Shown piece after piece: positions 49,224-59,745 of a stretch of 64,000 bases of DNA (position 1 is its first letter; every line of letters begins with the position of its first letter). The notes under the pieces were generated by a model. It did not search any database, had not been told where the DNA came from, and worked only from the letters and a program-made list of their open reading frames with translations. Both the position numbers and the translations under genes were made by a program. This DNA comes from an uncultured Pseudomonadota bacterium (GTDB lineage Bacteria; Oederibacteriota; Muellerivitia; Muellerivitales; Muellerivitaceae), in assembly GCA_963770835.1 (NCBI GenBank), contig CAVYRH010000019.1, positions 128,001-192,000 on the forward strand, written 5' to 3'.

Positions 49224-51488
49224 ATGCGACACCGTTTTGTGGTTGCTGCCATTTTTTTTGCCGTCACCTCATTCCTCCAGGCTCAAGGAACGGGACCCTC
49301 GTCGCCGCAAACGCCGGTTACTCCCAAAAACCAAGGACGCCTTTCCACCACGGACGCCAAGGTCAGAGCCTTGCTGGCCAAAATGACCCTCGAGGAAAAA
49401 ATCGGCCAGATGCTCCAATACAGCCCTTGGAAATCCACCGAGGACAAAATCAAGGGCGAGGTGGCCGGGGGCAAAGTGGGCTCCCTTCTAAATGTCTTCG
49501 GCGCCGCAAAGGCCAATGAGTACCAGAAAATCGCCGTGGAAAAATCCCGCCTCCACATTCCACTCATCCTGGGCCTAGACGTCATCCACGGTTATAAAAC
49601 CATCTTCCCCATTCCCTTGGCGGAAGATTGCGCCTGGAACCCTGGCCTACTGGAAAAATGCGAACATGTGGCGGCCACGGAAGCCTTCGCGGCGGGCTTA
49701 CGTTGGACTTTCGCTCCCATGGTGGATGTCTCGCGCGAACCCCGTTGGGGTCGCATTTCAGAAGGCTCCGGTGAAGACCCCACATTAGGCGCCATTTTGG
49801 CCGTAGCCCGGGTGAAGGGATTCCAAGGGGAGCATTTGAACGATCCCGGTTCGATTGCCGCCTGCGCCAAGCATTTTGTAGGGTATGGAGCGCCTATCGC
49901 GGGCCGGGAATATAACACCACCGACATGTCGGAGACTACCCTTCGGGAAATCCACCTCCCGCCTTTCAAGGCCGCCGTGGATGCGGGGGTAGAGACATTG
50001 ATGAGCGCCTTTAATGATTTAAACGGCGTGCCGGCGTCGGGCAACCGCCACACCCTGCGGGATATCCTCAAGGGCGAATGGGGATTCAAAGGCTTCGTGG
50101 TTTCGGACTGGGCCTCCATTCAACAGCTGGTTTCCCATGGTTTTGCTACCAACGACAAGGATTCGGCCTTGAAAGGAATCGCCGCTGGCGTGGATATGGA
50201 CATGCAGTCCCACGTCTATGGGGATTACCTCGCTGAGTTGGTCAAGGAGAAGAAGATCTCCCCCCGCCTCATCGATGACGCGGTCAAACGCATCCTCAAG
50301 GTGAAATACGAGCTTGGTCTTTTTGACAACCCCTATACCGACGAAGCGAAGGAAGCCGAGTTGACCCTGACCCCGGACAACCTGAATTTGGCTTTGCAGG
50401 AAGCTGAACAATCCATCGTCCTTTTAAAGAACGAGAAGAACCTTCTCCCCTTGTCAAAGGACCTCAAAACCATCGCGGTCATCGGCTCCTTGGCGGACTC
50501 CCAAAAAGACCCGCTGGGCTCCTGGCATTGCCGCGGGGAGGACGCCTTGGACAAGGTCAGCACCGTTTTGGCCGGAATCCAAGCGGCGGTTTCCAAGGAC
50601 ACCAAAATCCTTTATGCCCCCGGTGTCGGCGTCACTTTAGATTCCGCGACCGACAAGGCTTTTTCCGAAGCCGTCGATACCGCTAAAAAGGCCCAGGTGG
50701 CCGTGGTGGTGGCGGGTGAAACCCAGGACATGAGCGGTGAAGCCTCCGCCCGCACTTCACTCGACCTGCCCGGCCGCCAGGAGGAAATGATCAAGGCCAT
50801 CCAAGCCACCGGCGTTCCGGTGGTCCTGGTCTTGATGAACGGAAGGCCTCTCACCATTCCTTGGGAAGCGGAACATCTTCCCGCCATCGTCGAAAGCTGG
50901 TTTTTGGGCACCCAGCAAGGCAAGGCTGTGGCCAGCGTGCTTTTCGGTGACACAAACCCTTCGGGTAAATTGGTGGTCACCTTTCCCCGCAACCTGGGCC
51001 AAGTGCCTATTTACTACGCCCAGATGAACACGGGCCGGCCCGACGTGGGCAAGGAAAAATGGGAGTCCAAATACATCGATTGCCCCAATACGCCCCAATT
51101 TCCTTTCGGCTTCGGTTTGAGCTATACCCAGTATGAATACAACAACCTGGCTTTGGATTCCAAAACCTTGAAACCGTCCGGCGTTCTTAAGGTCACCGCC
51201 CAGGTAAAAAACAGCGGTGCGGCGGCCGGAACCGAGATTGTCCAGCTTTATATCCGGGATTTGGTGGCCAGCGTCACCCAGCCGGTGAGAAAGTTGGTGG
51301 ACTTTCAGAGAGTGGACCTGGCCCCCGGCGAAACCAAGACCGTCGAATTCACCCTACCCGCTTCCAAATTGGGTTTTTACAACGAACAGGGAAAGTATTT
51401 AATGGAACCAGGGCCTTTCAAAATATGGGTCGCCCGGGATTCCTCCGATAGCGCCCTCGAGGACAACTTTGAACTTGTTTCAAAATAA
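49224..51488 (+). CDS. bglX: Periplasmic beta-glucosidase, GH3
   Basis: MTLEEKIGQ, DVIHG, RWGR..EG.GED, AKHF, VVSDW, PSGKL, FPFGFGLSY. Confidence 0.93.
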   Translation: MRHRFVVAAIFFAVTSFLQAQGTGPSSPQTPVTPKNQGRLSTTDAKVRALLAKMTLEEKIGQMLQYSPWKSTEDKIKGEVAGGKVGSLLNVFGAAKANEYQKIAVEKSRLHIPLILGLDVIHGYKTIFPIPLAEDCAWNPGLLEKCEHVAATEAFAAGLRWTFAPMVDVSREPRWGRISEGSGEDPTLGAILAVARVKGFQGEHLNDPGSIAACAKHFVGYGAPIAGREYNTTDMSETTLREIHLPPFKAAVDAGVETLMSAFNDLNGVPASGNRHTLRDILKGEWGFKGFVVSDWASIQQLVSHGFATNDKDSALKGIAAGVDMDMQSHVYGDYLAELVKEKKISPRLIDDAVKRILKVKYELGLFDNPYTDEAKEAELTLTPDNLNLALQEAEQSIVLLKNEKNLLPLSKDLKTIAVIGSLADSQKDPLGSWHCRGEDALDKVSTVLAGIQAAVSKDTKILYAPGVGVTLDSATDKAFSEAVDTAKKAQVAVVVAGETQDMSGEASARTSLDLPGRQEEMIKAIQATGVPVVLVLMNGRPLTIPWEAEHLPAIVESWFLGTQQGKAVASVLFGDTNPSGKLVVTFPRNLGQVPIYYAQMNTGRPDVGKEKWESKYIDCPNTPQFPFGFGLSYTQYEYNNLALDSKTLKPSGVLKVTAQVKNSGAAAGTEIVQLYIRDLVASVTQPVRKLVDFQRVDLAPGETKTVEFTLPASKLGFYNEQGKYLMEPGPFKIWVARDSSDSALEDNFELVSK

Positions 51489-51509
51489 TAAGAACTCCCG
51501 CGTCCTACC

Positions 51510-52238
51510 ATGAGTTCCCCTAAAGCCTGGGACGGCCAGCGGGAAACCTTGGACGATCTTTCGTCCGCCGTCCACTACAACAGGTGGATTTACGGTATGC
51601 TTCGGCCCTACTTGGGAAGCCGCATCATGGAAATAGGCTGTGGCACCGGCAACCTCACCGGGGACTTTGCCCGGCACGGGAGGGTGCTGGCTGTCGATAT
51701 GCACGAGGGTTATTTAAAGGAAGCCCGCCGCAGGCTCAAAGGGATCCATGGCGTTTCCTTCCTTAAAATTAACCTTGAGCGTCCTTTAAGGGAACTGAAA
51801 CGCTTCGGGGCCGATACGATCGTTTGCGTTAACGTATTGGAACACCTGAAAGACGACCACGGAGTCCTCACTCGATGCCTGCGCCTGCTGAAACCCGGCG
51901 GCAAGCTGCTTTTGTTCGTGCCGGCTTTCCAGTTTCTTTTCGGCTCCATGGATAAAAGTTACGGCCATTTTCGCCGGTATTCCCGCAGCGGACTGCAGGA
52001 AAAAGTAGCCCGAGCCGGGTTCAGTGTGAAGTATTGCCGTTACCTGAATTTATTGGGTGTCGCCGGCTGGTGGTGGAATGGGAAGATCCTGAAAAAAAAG
52101 ATCATCCCAAAGTCCCAAATGATGCTGTATGACAGCGTGGTCCGCTTCTCCTCCAAAATCGAGCGTTTTCTCCCGAAGCCCATCGGCCTTTCCCTTTTTT
52201 GCGTGGGTGCCAAAGAAAAAAGCTTCCGGAATCGGTGA
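51510..52238 (+). CDS. Class I SAM-dependent methyltransferase
   Basis: EIGCGTG, NVLEH, LKPGG, D...GHFRRY. Confidence 0.9.
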   Translation: MSSPKAWDGQRETLDDLSSAVHYNRWIYGMLRPYLGSRIMEIGCGTGNLTGDFARHGRVLAVDMHEGYLKEARRRLKGIHGVSFLKINLERPLRELKRFGADTIVCVNVLEHLKDDHGVLTRCLRLLKPGGKLLLFVPAFQFLFGSMDKSYGHFRRYSRSGLQEKVARAGFSVKYCRYLNLLGVAGWWWNGKILKKKIIPKSQMMLYDSVVRFSSKIERFLPKPIGLSLFCVGAKEKSFRNR

Positions 52239-52420
52239 AAAAAGGTTCCAAGAGAGGGTTAGGATCATCCGCCCTCTTCCTCCACCTGGATTCCCCAGGA
52301 CTTTTCTTCCCAAAACCCGCCGGTCTACTCCAATTTCTGGGCGAAAACGATCCCCAAACGTGTTATCTTTAGGACTCTTTCGGGCCGGTAGCCGTGACCA
52401 AAAATCGAGTGAGGAAACAT

Positions 52421-53428
52421 ATGGCCAAAATAACCAAGCGAAAAGCTTCATCCAACAGTAAGAAATCGCGGGGCAAAAAAAACCGCCGATCCGGGAAATT
52501 GATCGCCATTATCCTTGCTTTTCTGGGTTTCCTTTTCTTGGCTGAGGTCGTTTCCTATATTGTCGGCAAAACCAACTCTTCCAAGGAAATCTTTGTCCAA
52601 GATGTATTGGATTTCAGCGGGGCCACCCAGTCCTGCGGTGCTTTTAAAGCTTGGGATGTATTGGCCCTACCCGACGGCCGCATCGTTTTAAGTGACCAGG
52701 GTAACAAACGCCTATTATTTTTTGATTCAAAAGGCCAATTCCTCCAAGAAATCGGTCTCAAACAAGCCGGTCCTCCCGATCTTACCGAAGTTTCTTGCCT
52801 TACCGCCGATTCCTCCGGAAACGTCTACGTGATGGACACCTGGACTGGCTTGATTCGGGGCTTTGACCCAAAGGGCCGGGCTATGGTCAAGGTAGACTTG
52901 GGCGGAAAAGGTTTCTACGGGCCCAGGGGATTAGCCTGGGACGGGGCTAATTTCGTGATCGCCGATACCGGCAGCCACCGTGTTGTCAAAGTGACCACTG
53001 CCGGTTCGATCCTCGGTGCCTGGGGCCAGCACGGATCGGGAAATAAAGAATTCCAAAATCCTTATCAAGTGGTGGCCGATGGCCAGGGCAGGTATGAAGT
53101 GGTGGACAGGGACAATAACCGGATCCAAATCCTGGACAACGAAGGCCATTTTCTGAAGCAAATTGACCTCGGCGCCCCTCCCCAAGCGGAAGCCGTGGAT
53201 GCGGCCCGCCACATCCTTTATGTTTCCTCGCTGGACGGGCGGTTCCTGCGGGCTTATGGTTTGGATGGAAACCTCATTGGAAATTTGGTTCAAGGTGACC
53301 CCAAGAATCCACAGCCCTTGTCGGGCGTCAACGCCCTCAGCGTGCTGCCGAACGGGGATATCGTGGCTTCCATGACCGACCGGATTACCGTTTATCATTC
53401 CCTTCCCGCCGCGCCCGGACAGCGGTAA
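52421..53428 (+). CDS. Membrane-anchored NHL-repeat beta-propeller protein
   Basis: One TM; repeats such as FYGPRGLA..IADTGSHRV and FQNPYQV..VVDRDNNRIQ. Confidence 0.85.
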   Translation: MAKITKRKASSNSKKSRGKKNRRSGKLIAIILAFLGFLFLAEVVSYIVGKTNSSKEIFVQDVLDFSGATQSCGAFKAWDVLALPDGRIVLSDQGNKRLLFFDSKGQFLQEIGLKQAGPPDLTEVSCLTADSSGNVYVMDTWTGLIRGFDPKGRAMVKVDLGGKGFYGPRGLAWDGANFVIADTGSHRVVKVTTAGSILGAWGQHGSGNKEFQNPYQVVADGQGRYEVVDRDNNRIQILDNEGHFLKQIDLGAPPQAEAVDAARHILYVSSLDGRFLRAYGLDGNLIGNLVQGDPKNPQPLSGVNALSVLPNGDIVASMTDRITVYHSLPAAPGQR

Positions 53429-54556
53429 ATGCTTTTTTTTAGGGCGGATTGCCGCCACTTTACCGGCGAGAAACCCTGCGCGCCCCACAAGGAGGAGGGG
53501 GTGATTTGCCGGGATTGCCCCCGCTATGACCCGGTTCAGGAGCGAATTCTCATCGTCAAGCTGGACGCCGCCGGGGACGTATTGCGCTCCACCTCCATCC
53601 TTCCCGCCTTTAAAAAAGCTGTTCCCGGGCTTTCCATTTGGTGGGTTACGGAAAATTCGTCCAAACCCCTTCTGGAGAAAAACCCTAATATTGATGTTCT
53701 TCTTCCCGTGGACCCGGCCTTGCCGGGGCTTTTAGGAACCACTTCCTTCAACCGAGCCTTTAATTTCGACATGGGCCGCAAAGCGGCCGCCATCCTGGCG
53801 ATGGCGAACAGCCCCGTTAAAAAAGGCTTCGGCCTTTCCAAGGAAGGTGTCGTGGTCCCCCTGGAACCTGTCGCCGAGGAATGGTTTGAGATGGGCATCT
53901 TCGATGCCGCCAAACGGGCCAACCAAAAAACCTACCAGGAACACTTGTTTCGCATGGCCGGCCTCCAATATCAAGGTGAAACACCCCAATTAGGGCTTTC
54001 CGCCAAGGAAAAGGAATGGGCCCTCAAGGGTTTTGCCAAGAAAAACAGGCTTTCAAAGTTCAAGAAAATCGTTGGATTCAATATAGGTTCCGGTGGCCGA
54101 TGGCCCATGAAGCGCTGGCGTTTGGAGGGCTTCGAATGGCTGGCCAGCCAATTGAGGAAAAAACATCCCAAGGTCGGGGTCTTGCTTTACGGAGGCCCGG
54201 AAGAGCGGGAACTCATGCCGGCCTTGGTGAAAAAGCTAAAGGGCCTTTGCCTGGCGACAGGCACGGAAAACACCTTGCGGCAATTCTCCTCCTTAGTGGA
54301 CTTGTGCGACGTCATGGTGACCGGCGACACCCTGGCCCTTCACGTGGCAGTAGCCCTGGAAAAACGGGTGGTGGCTTATTTTGGGCCCACCTCGGATGTC
54401 GAAATCGACCTTTACGGCCGGGGGGAAAAGGTGCTTCCTATCCTGCCGTGTCAGGACTACTACAAGGGTGAATGCAGCCAAAAGGTTTCCTGCATGGACA
54501 ATCTCAAAGAGAAGGATATGCTTTCAGCAGTGGAACGGCAGTTGAAGCAGGCTTAA
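53429..54556 (+). CDS. GT9 glycosyltransferase with Cys-rich N-terminus
   Basis: DCRHF.G.KPC, IVKLDAAGDVLR, TGDTLALHVAVAL..FGPT. Confidence 0.9.
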   Translation: MLFFRADCRHFTGEKPCAPHKEEGVICRDCPRYDPVQERILIVKLDAAGDVLRSTSILPAFKKAVPGLSIWWVTENSSKPLLEKNPNIDVLLPVDPALPGLLGTTSFNRAFNFDMGRKAAAILAMANSPVKKGFGLSKEGVVVPLEPVAEEWFEMGIFDAAKRANQKTYQEHLFRMAGLQYQGETPQLGLSAKEKEWALKGFAKKNRLSKFKKIVGFNIGSGGRWPMKRWRLEGFEWLASQLRKKHPKVGVLLYGGPEERELMPALVKKLKGLCLATGTENTLRQFSSLVDLCDVMVTGDTLALHVAVALEKRVVAYFGPTSDVEIDLYGRGEKVLPILPCQDYYKGECSQKVSCMDNLKEKDMLSAVERQLKQA

Positions 54557-54588
54557 TTCAGTTTAAATCTCCGAAAGCGCCCTTTCCA

Positions 54589-55317
54589 ATGAAGCCACTC
54601 AAAACCGTCATCATGGTTCCCACCTACAATGAAAAGGCTAATATCGCCGAGTTGGTGAAACTTCTTCACAAAAGCGTTCCCCAAGCCCAGGTTTTGGTAG
54701 TAGATGATTCCTCCCCCGACGGCACTTTCGAGGAAGTCAAAAAACTCATGAAGAAGGACAAGAAACTTCACCTCTTGTTGCGGGACCGGTCCATCAAGGG
54801 CCGGGGCTGGGCCGGTCGGGACGGTTTCGTGAAGACCCTTCAAATGGGCGCCGAAGCAGTGGTGGAAATGGACGCCGACTTGTCCCACCAGCCTAAGTTT
54901 ATCCCTTCCCTTTTGGCGCCCCTGGCCTCTAGGCAAGCGGATGTGGTCATCGGCAGCCGCTATATTCCCGGCGGAAAGGACATGGACCGCCCCTTTCACC
55001 GCAAATGGACCAGCAATTTCGCGCGCTATTATTTGAAGTTCGTCCTGGGGCTCAAGGCAAAGGATCCAACTTCGGGGTTCCGGGTTTATTCGAAAAAAGC
55101 CTTGGAAAAAATAAAGGTAGGAACCCTTACCGCGCGGGATCCCTTCACGGTTTCCGAAATTCTTTACCGTTGTTACAAGGCGGGTTTGCGGGTTAAGGAA
55201 TCCCCCATCGAGTTTATCGACCGGACCCGGGGCGAGTCCAAACTGGGCTTGGCCACGCTTTTAAAATACCTGGGTCGGGCCCTTTTGTTGCGGGTGGGCC
55301 CTGATCCTTTGGCGTGA
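54589..55317 (+). CDS. GT2 polyprenol-phosphate glycosyltransferase (Dpm1-like)
   Basis: PTYNE, VDDSSPDGT, MDADLSH, GSRY, D.TSGFR, RTRGESK. Confidence 0.9.
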   Translation: MKPLKTVIMVPTYNEKANIAELVKLLHKSVPQAQVLVVDDSSPDGTFEEVKKLMKKDKKLHLLLRDRSIKGRGWAGRDGFVKTLQMGAEAVVEMDADLSHQPKFIPSLLAPLASRQADVVIGSRYIPGGKDMDRPFHRKWTSNFARYYLKFVLGLKAKDPTSGFRVYSKKALEKIKVGTLTARDPFTVSEILYRCYKAGLRVKESPIEFIDRTRGESKLGLATLLKYLGRALLLRVGPDPLA

Positions 55318-55359
55318 TGAAGCCACCTCCAAAACCAATTCTTATAACGAAGGGTTTTC

Positions 55360-56166
55360 TTGCCTAAAACCATTGCCGTCCTACCCGTTTACAATGAGGA
55401 AAAAACCTTGGGAAACATACTTCCGCGAGTCGCCAGCTGCGTGGATTATTTGGTTTGCGTTAACGACGGTTCCCGGGACAAAAGCCTGGTTCTTCTGGAG
55501 AAATTCGCGAGGAAACGGAAGTACACTTACATCGTCGATCTTCCGGTGAACAATGGAATGGCGGGGGCCTTAAAACAAGGGTTTCTCTTCGTCCTCTACC
55601 TTGCCAAAAAAAAACGGGTCGGGGCGGAAGACATCATCGTAACCATTGATGCCGATGGGCAGCATAAACCCGAGTACATCCCTGCGCTCGTCCGTTATTT
55701 GGGGGATCGGAAAGTCGACGTGGTCCTTACCCGGCGTGACTTTTCCGTCTATCCGCTCTATAAAATATGGGGAAACCGGTTTTTGACCTGGACCAACTCC
55801 ATTCTTTCCGGGCAAAAATACAGGGATGTGGAGTCCGGATTGCGGTTGCTCAAGGTCAAGACCCTGGAACCCATTTTGAGGTATTACCAGGGCGTGAGCT
55901 ATTCCTGCGCCCAGGAGATCGCCCTGATTTCCACCAGGTCCGGCTTTAAAATCGACAACGAATTCAAGGTTAAAGTGCCCCTTTACCGGGCGGGAACCAC
56001 CGTTTGGGACGGCTTTGTTGTCTTAGGCTTAAGCTTGTTTGTTTTTGCGCGGTGGCTTCTCCGGATTTCTTCCCCGGTGTCTTGGGATGCTTCCCTCATG
56101 CGGAATTCCCTCCTGCGATCGCAAACCCTATGGAGTCGGCCGCGGCAACGGTCAAGGAAATACTAA
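55360..56166 (+). CDS. GT2 glycosyltransferase
   Basis: PVYNEE, VNDGSRD, IDADGQH, DVESG.R. Confidence 0.88.
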   Translation: MPKTIAVLPVYNEEKTLGNILPRVASCVDYLVCVNDGSRDKSLVLLEKFARKRKYTYIVDLPVNNGMAGALKQGFLFVLYLAKKKRVGAEDIIVTIDADGQHKPEYIPALVRYLGDRKVDVVLTRRDFSVYPLYKIWGNRFLTWTNSILSGQKYRDVESGLRLLKVKTLEPILRYYQGVSYSCAQEIALISTRSGFKIDNEFKVKVPLYRAGTTVWDGFVVLGLSLFVFARWLLRISSPVSWDASLMRNSLLRSQTLWSRPRQRSRKY

Positions 56167-56171
56167 ACCGG

Positions 56172-57305
56172 TTAGTCTTTTTTCACTTCCGCGAGGACTT
56201 TCTCGATAACGGTGGCTTGGTGTTCTTCCATGCCTATCCAAAGGGGGAGTCGCACGATCCGGGCGCTCATTTCAACCGTCACATTGAGTGGCCCGTTCGT
56301 CTTCCCATATTTTTGACCGGCGGGGGAACTGTGGAGCGGGACGTAATGGAATACGGCGTTGACGTTTCCTTGGTTCAGGGCGGCAAGGAAGGATTTCCGT
56401 TTTTTGGGGGTGGGTAGGAGCAAATAGTACATGTGGGCGTTATTCCGGCATTCCTTCGGGATAATTGGCCGCCGCAAAAGTCCCTGGGCCTCGGCCCCTT
56501 CGAAAGCCCGGTGGTAAGTTTCCCAAAGGTCCATGCGCATCTTCATGATCGAATCAAAACCCTCGAATTGGGCCCAAAGAAAGGCCGCCACCAGTTCGCT
56601 GGGCAGGTAGGAAGAGCCGATATCCACCCAGCTGTATTTATCCACTTTCCCTTTTTGGAATTTGATCCGGTTTGTCCCCTTCTCCCGGATAATTTCGGCC
56701 CTCTCGGTAAACCCTTCTTCGTTCACCAGGAGGGCCCCGCCCTCGCCGGAAATAATGTTTTTAGTTTCATGGAAACTCAAGGCCCCCAAATGTCCCAGGC
56801 TCCCCAATGGTTTGCCTTTGTATTGGGCCCCGATTCCCTGGGCCGCATCCTCAATCACCCAAAGGTTGTGGCGGCGGGCAATGTCCAGGATCGTATCCAT
56901 CTCGCATCCCACACCCGCGTAATGGACCACCGCGACGGCCTTGGTTTTCGGTGTAATGGCGGCCTCGACCTTGGCCTCGTCAAGGTTGAGGGTGTCTGGG
57001 CGGATGTCTACGAAAACCGGAACCGCCCCCCGGAGTACAAAGGCGTTGGCCGTTGAAACGAAGGTATAGGAGGGCATGATGACTTCATCCCCCGGTTTCA
57101 AATCCAGGAGGAGGGCCGACATTTCCAGGGCCGCCGTGCAGGAATGCGTGAGCAGGGCCTTGCGGCAACCCGTGTTTTTTTCCAGCCAGCCATGACATTT
57201 TTGGGTGAAGACTCCGTCGCCCGAAAGTTGACCCAGGCGGCGGGCCTCCTCAATATTTCCCAATTCTTTGCCCGTGAAATAAGGTTTGTTGAAGGGTATG
57301 TGCAT
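56172..57305 (-). CDS. rffA: dTDP-4-amino-4,6-dideoxygalactose transaminase
   Basis: IPFNKP, SGDG.FT, LTHSCTAALEM, SFHETKN, REKGTNR, VFHYVPLH. Confidence 0.93.
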   Translation of the reverse strand: MHIPFNKPYFTGKELGNIEEARRLGQLSGDGVFTQKCHGWLEKNTGCRKALLTHSCTAALEMSALLLDLKPGDEVIMPSYTFVSTANAFVLRGAVPVFVDIRPDTLNLDEAKVEAAITPKTKAVAVVHYAGVGCEMDTILDIARRHNLWVIEDAAQGIGAQYKGKPLGSLGHLGALSFHETKNIISGEGGALLVNEEGFTERAEIIREKGTNRIKFQKGKVDKYSWVDIGSSYLPSELVAAFLWAQFEGFDSIMKMRMDLWETYHRAFEGAEAQGLLRRPIIPKECRNNAHMYYLLLPTPKKRKSFLAALNQGNVNAVFHYVPLHSSPAGQKYGKTNGPLNVTVEMSARIVRLPLWIGMEEHQATVIEKVLAEVKKD

Positions 57306-57416
57306 CTTAGGCCTTTTGGGTAGCGACAAAAAGGAAGTTACCCGCCGGAAAGCGGCTTTCTCGTCGAGCTAAAGGTAATGTACCGGCGTTTTTCCAAAAT
57401 TCAGATGAAGTGAAAC

Positions 57417-57782
57417 TCACCCCTGGCTCCCCAAGACGATTCCGGCAATGATGAACCCCAAGCCCGCGGCCTTGGGCCAAGTAAGGGGTTCGTGCAGAAG
57501 CCAGGAACTTAAAAAAAGAACGGCGATAAACGAAAAACTGGTCCATGGATAAGCGCGGCTCAAAGGCAGCTTGGTCATGGCCGCCATCCAACAAAGGGAC
57601 GCCAAAAAGCCAGCCCCCAGGCAGCTCAAAACCCAAGGATTGGACAAAAGCTTCATGAAGAAAAAAAGCTTTCCATAACCTTCCGCTGGAATGGATCCGG
57701 CCTTCAGGACCTGGATTTTCATCATCAACTGGCCGTAAACGGTCAGGCCGACGGTGAGAACGACGAATAACCAACTCAACAT
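57417..57782 (-). CDS. EamA/SMR-type small transporter (ArnE/ArnF-like)
   Basis: 4 TM; TVYGQL, LSRAYP, LHEPLT. Confidence 0.8.
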   Translation of the reverse strand: MLSWLFVVLTVGLTVYGQLMMKIQVLKAGSIPAEGYGKLFFFMKLLSNPWVLSCLGAGFLASLCWMAAMTKLPLSRAYPWTSFSFIAVLFLSSWLLHEPLTWPKAAGLGFIIAGIVLGSQG

Positions 57783-58648
57783 GGCATCTCCTTTCGGGCC
57801 ACTAAAAGCAAGGAACCTCCCCATGGGAAACGAAGCCCCAACCTTATCAGGGCCCTTTCGAAAGACAAGATTTTCTCAAATATAAAATTTAACATGGGAT
57901 TCAATTGAAGCTCTCTTTTCGGATCGTAATTTTCCTTTTTTTCTCTGAGCCGTGACAGGACCATCAGGGGCAGCAGAAAAGAAACGAACGAAATCGAATC
58001 CAGAACCCGGAACCCCGCCCGTTCCACTTTTTGCTTTAATTCCTTCGCGGTGTATCGCCGAACGTGCAGTGAAAATTCATCCCCGTAACTCCATAAGAAG
58101 GGGTGCTGAGGGACAGTCAACAAAATACCGCCTCCGGAGACGACGACCCCGTACATTTGAGCCAGAACTCTTTCATCCTCAACAATGTGCTCCACAACAT
58201 CAAAAGCCCCGGCGGCATCGAATTCCTCTTGAAAAGGAAGGGATTTGGCGTCCATTTGGTAAAGATCCGCTTTCTCAAGCCTTTTGCGGGTAAAGGAAAG
58301 CCCTTGGACGTGCAGTTCACTGCCGGTCAAACGGATTCCGGGAAGGCCCTGCTCAAAAGCCCTGAGGACAAACCCATTGCCGCATCCGATTTCGAAAAAA
58401 CTGGCGGCTTTCGGGAAATATTTTCGGAAAGCCCACAAAATAATGTGGTTTCGGGACCGAAACCAAAAATTCCTCCCTTCCAAATGGATCAGGCGCTCGA
58501 ACGAGTCCGCCGGAACGCCCTCATCGGCTTGGGAAGTTTCCGGCGCAAAACAAATAAACCCCTCCGCTTTAACAGGTTCATGGCCGCAACTGGGACATGT
58601 CCATTGGTCCGATACGAAAGGGCGGTCGCAGTCAAGGCAGCGTTTCAT
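57776..58648 (-). CDS. SAM-dependent methyltransferase with N-terminal zinc ribbon
   Basis: CLDC..CPSC, FWFRSR, EIGCGNG, FDVVEH, H.RRY. Confidence 0.9.
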   Translation of the reverse strand: MKRCLDCDRPFVSDQWTCPSCGHEPVKAEGFICFAPETSQADEGVPADSFERLIHLEGRNFWFRSRNHIILWAFRKYFPKAASFFEIGCGNGFVLRAFEQGLPGIRLTGSELHVQGLSFTRKRLEKADLYQMDAKSLPFQEEFDAAGAFDVVEHIVEDERVLAQMYGVVVSGGGILLTVPQHPFLWSYGDEFSLHVRRYTAKELKQKVERAGFRVLDSISFVSFLLPLMVLSRLREKKENYDPKRELQLNPMLNFIFEKILSFERALIRLGLRFPWGGSLLLVARKEMPC

Positions 58649-58736
58649 TTCTGGGCGCTGGCAACAATGCTGGGATCGGCGGAAACGAAGGGAAGCGTTC
58701 TAGCTTCCCTGGATTGTGCCTGAGGGAAAACCCGGC

Positions 58737-59714
58737 TCATGATTGCCTCTCTTTTCTTTCCTTCCACATCCCCAACTCCGCCGTTTGGAGCACCCCATTT
58801 TCGATTTGTTGGTCGAAAACATAGAGGGGACGCTGTTTGACCTGTTCGAAAATTTTACCAATATAAAGTCCTGTGATCCCCGTACTGGCGATGATGAAAC
58901 CGCCCAATAACAAGAAAAGGACGGCCAAGCTCGTCCAACCGGGCGTAACCGACCGGGTGAAATAAACAAAAAGAATATAAAAAGCCGCGACCAACCCGAT
59001 GGCAGAAAGACCCAAACCCAAATAAACAATCCACCTTAACAGGATAGTAGTTTGGAAAAACAAACCGTTGAAGGCGTGGGCGATGAGGGTCCGCAGGCGG
59101 TAGGAACTTTTCCCCTTGAACCTTTCGGCATGTTCGTATTCCACGATGGTCGTCTTAAATCCAAGCCACCGGAGGATGAACAAATAATGACGGTCCTTAT
59201 CCCTCATGCGCAAGTAACTGTTCACCACCTTGCGGCTGATGAGGCTGAAACTTCCCACGCGCCCGTCGATGGTTTCGTTATTGAAAAAACTCATGATTTT
59301 GAAATAAAAAAATCCGGCCAATTTCCTGACCAGGGAATGTTTCTTCCGGATTCGCTTGGTTAATACGATGTCAAACCCTTCCTTGGATTTCCCGTAAAGG
59401 CGGCGGATGACCTCGGGGGGGTCCTGGAGGTCGCAATCCATGACCACCGCACGAAGCGCTGAGCTTTTGGACAACCCCGCCGTGATGGCCGCGTGCTGGC
59501 CGAAGTTCCGGCTCAATCGGTATGCCTTGATCTTCCGGTCGCGGCGGGCCATTTCTTTCAGGAGCGCCCAGGATCCTTCGGAATCCCCGTCATCCACGAA
59601 AATGATTTCGTATTTCCCCTTAATGAATCGCAACTCTTTTTTCAGGCGCTGCTGAAGTTCCCGGAGGCAACCTGTGCATCGATAGACGGGAATGATAATT
59701 CCTAGTTCAATCAT
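58737..59714 (-). CDS. GT2 (ArnC/GtrB-like) undecaprenyl-phosphate glycosyltransferase
   Basis: LSRNFGQHAA, MDCDLQDPP, two C-terminal TMs, PGWTS, GLYIGKIFEQVKQRP. Confidence 0.9.
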   Translation of the reverse strand: MIELGIIIPVYRCTGCLRELQQRLKKELRFIKGKYEIIFVDDGDSEGSWALLKEMARRDRKIKAYRLSRNFGQHAAITAGLSKSSALRAVVMDCDLQDPPEVIRRLYGKSKEGFDIVLTKRIRKKHSLVRKLAGFFYFKIMSFFNNETIDGRVGSFSLISRKVVNSYLRMRDKDRHYLFILRWLGFKTTIVEYEHAERFKGKSSYRLRTLIAHAFNGLFFQTTILLRWIVYLGLGLSAIGLVAAFYILFVYFTRSVTPGWTSLAVLFLLLGGFIIASTGITGLYIGKIFEQVKQRPLYVFDQQIENGVLQTAELGMWKERKERQS

Positions 59715-59745
59715 TCGATAGAATACCCATTTCCAAAATTTTAAA

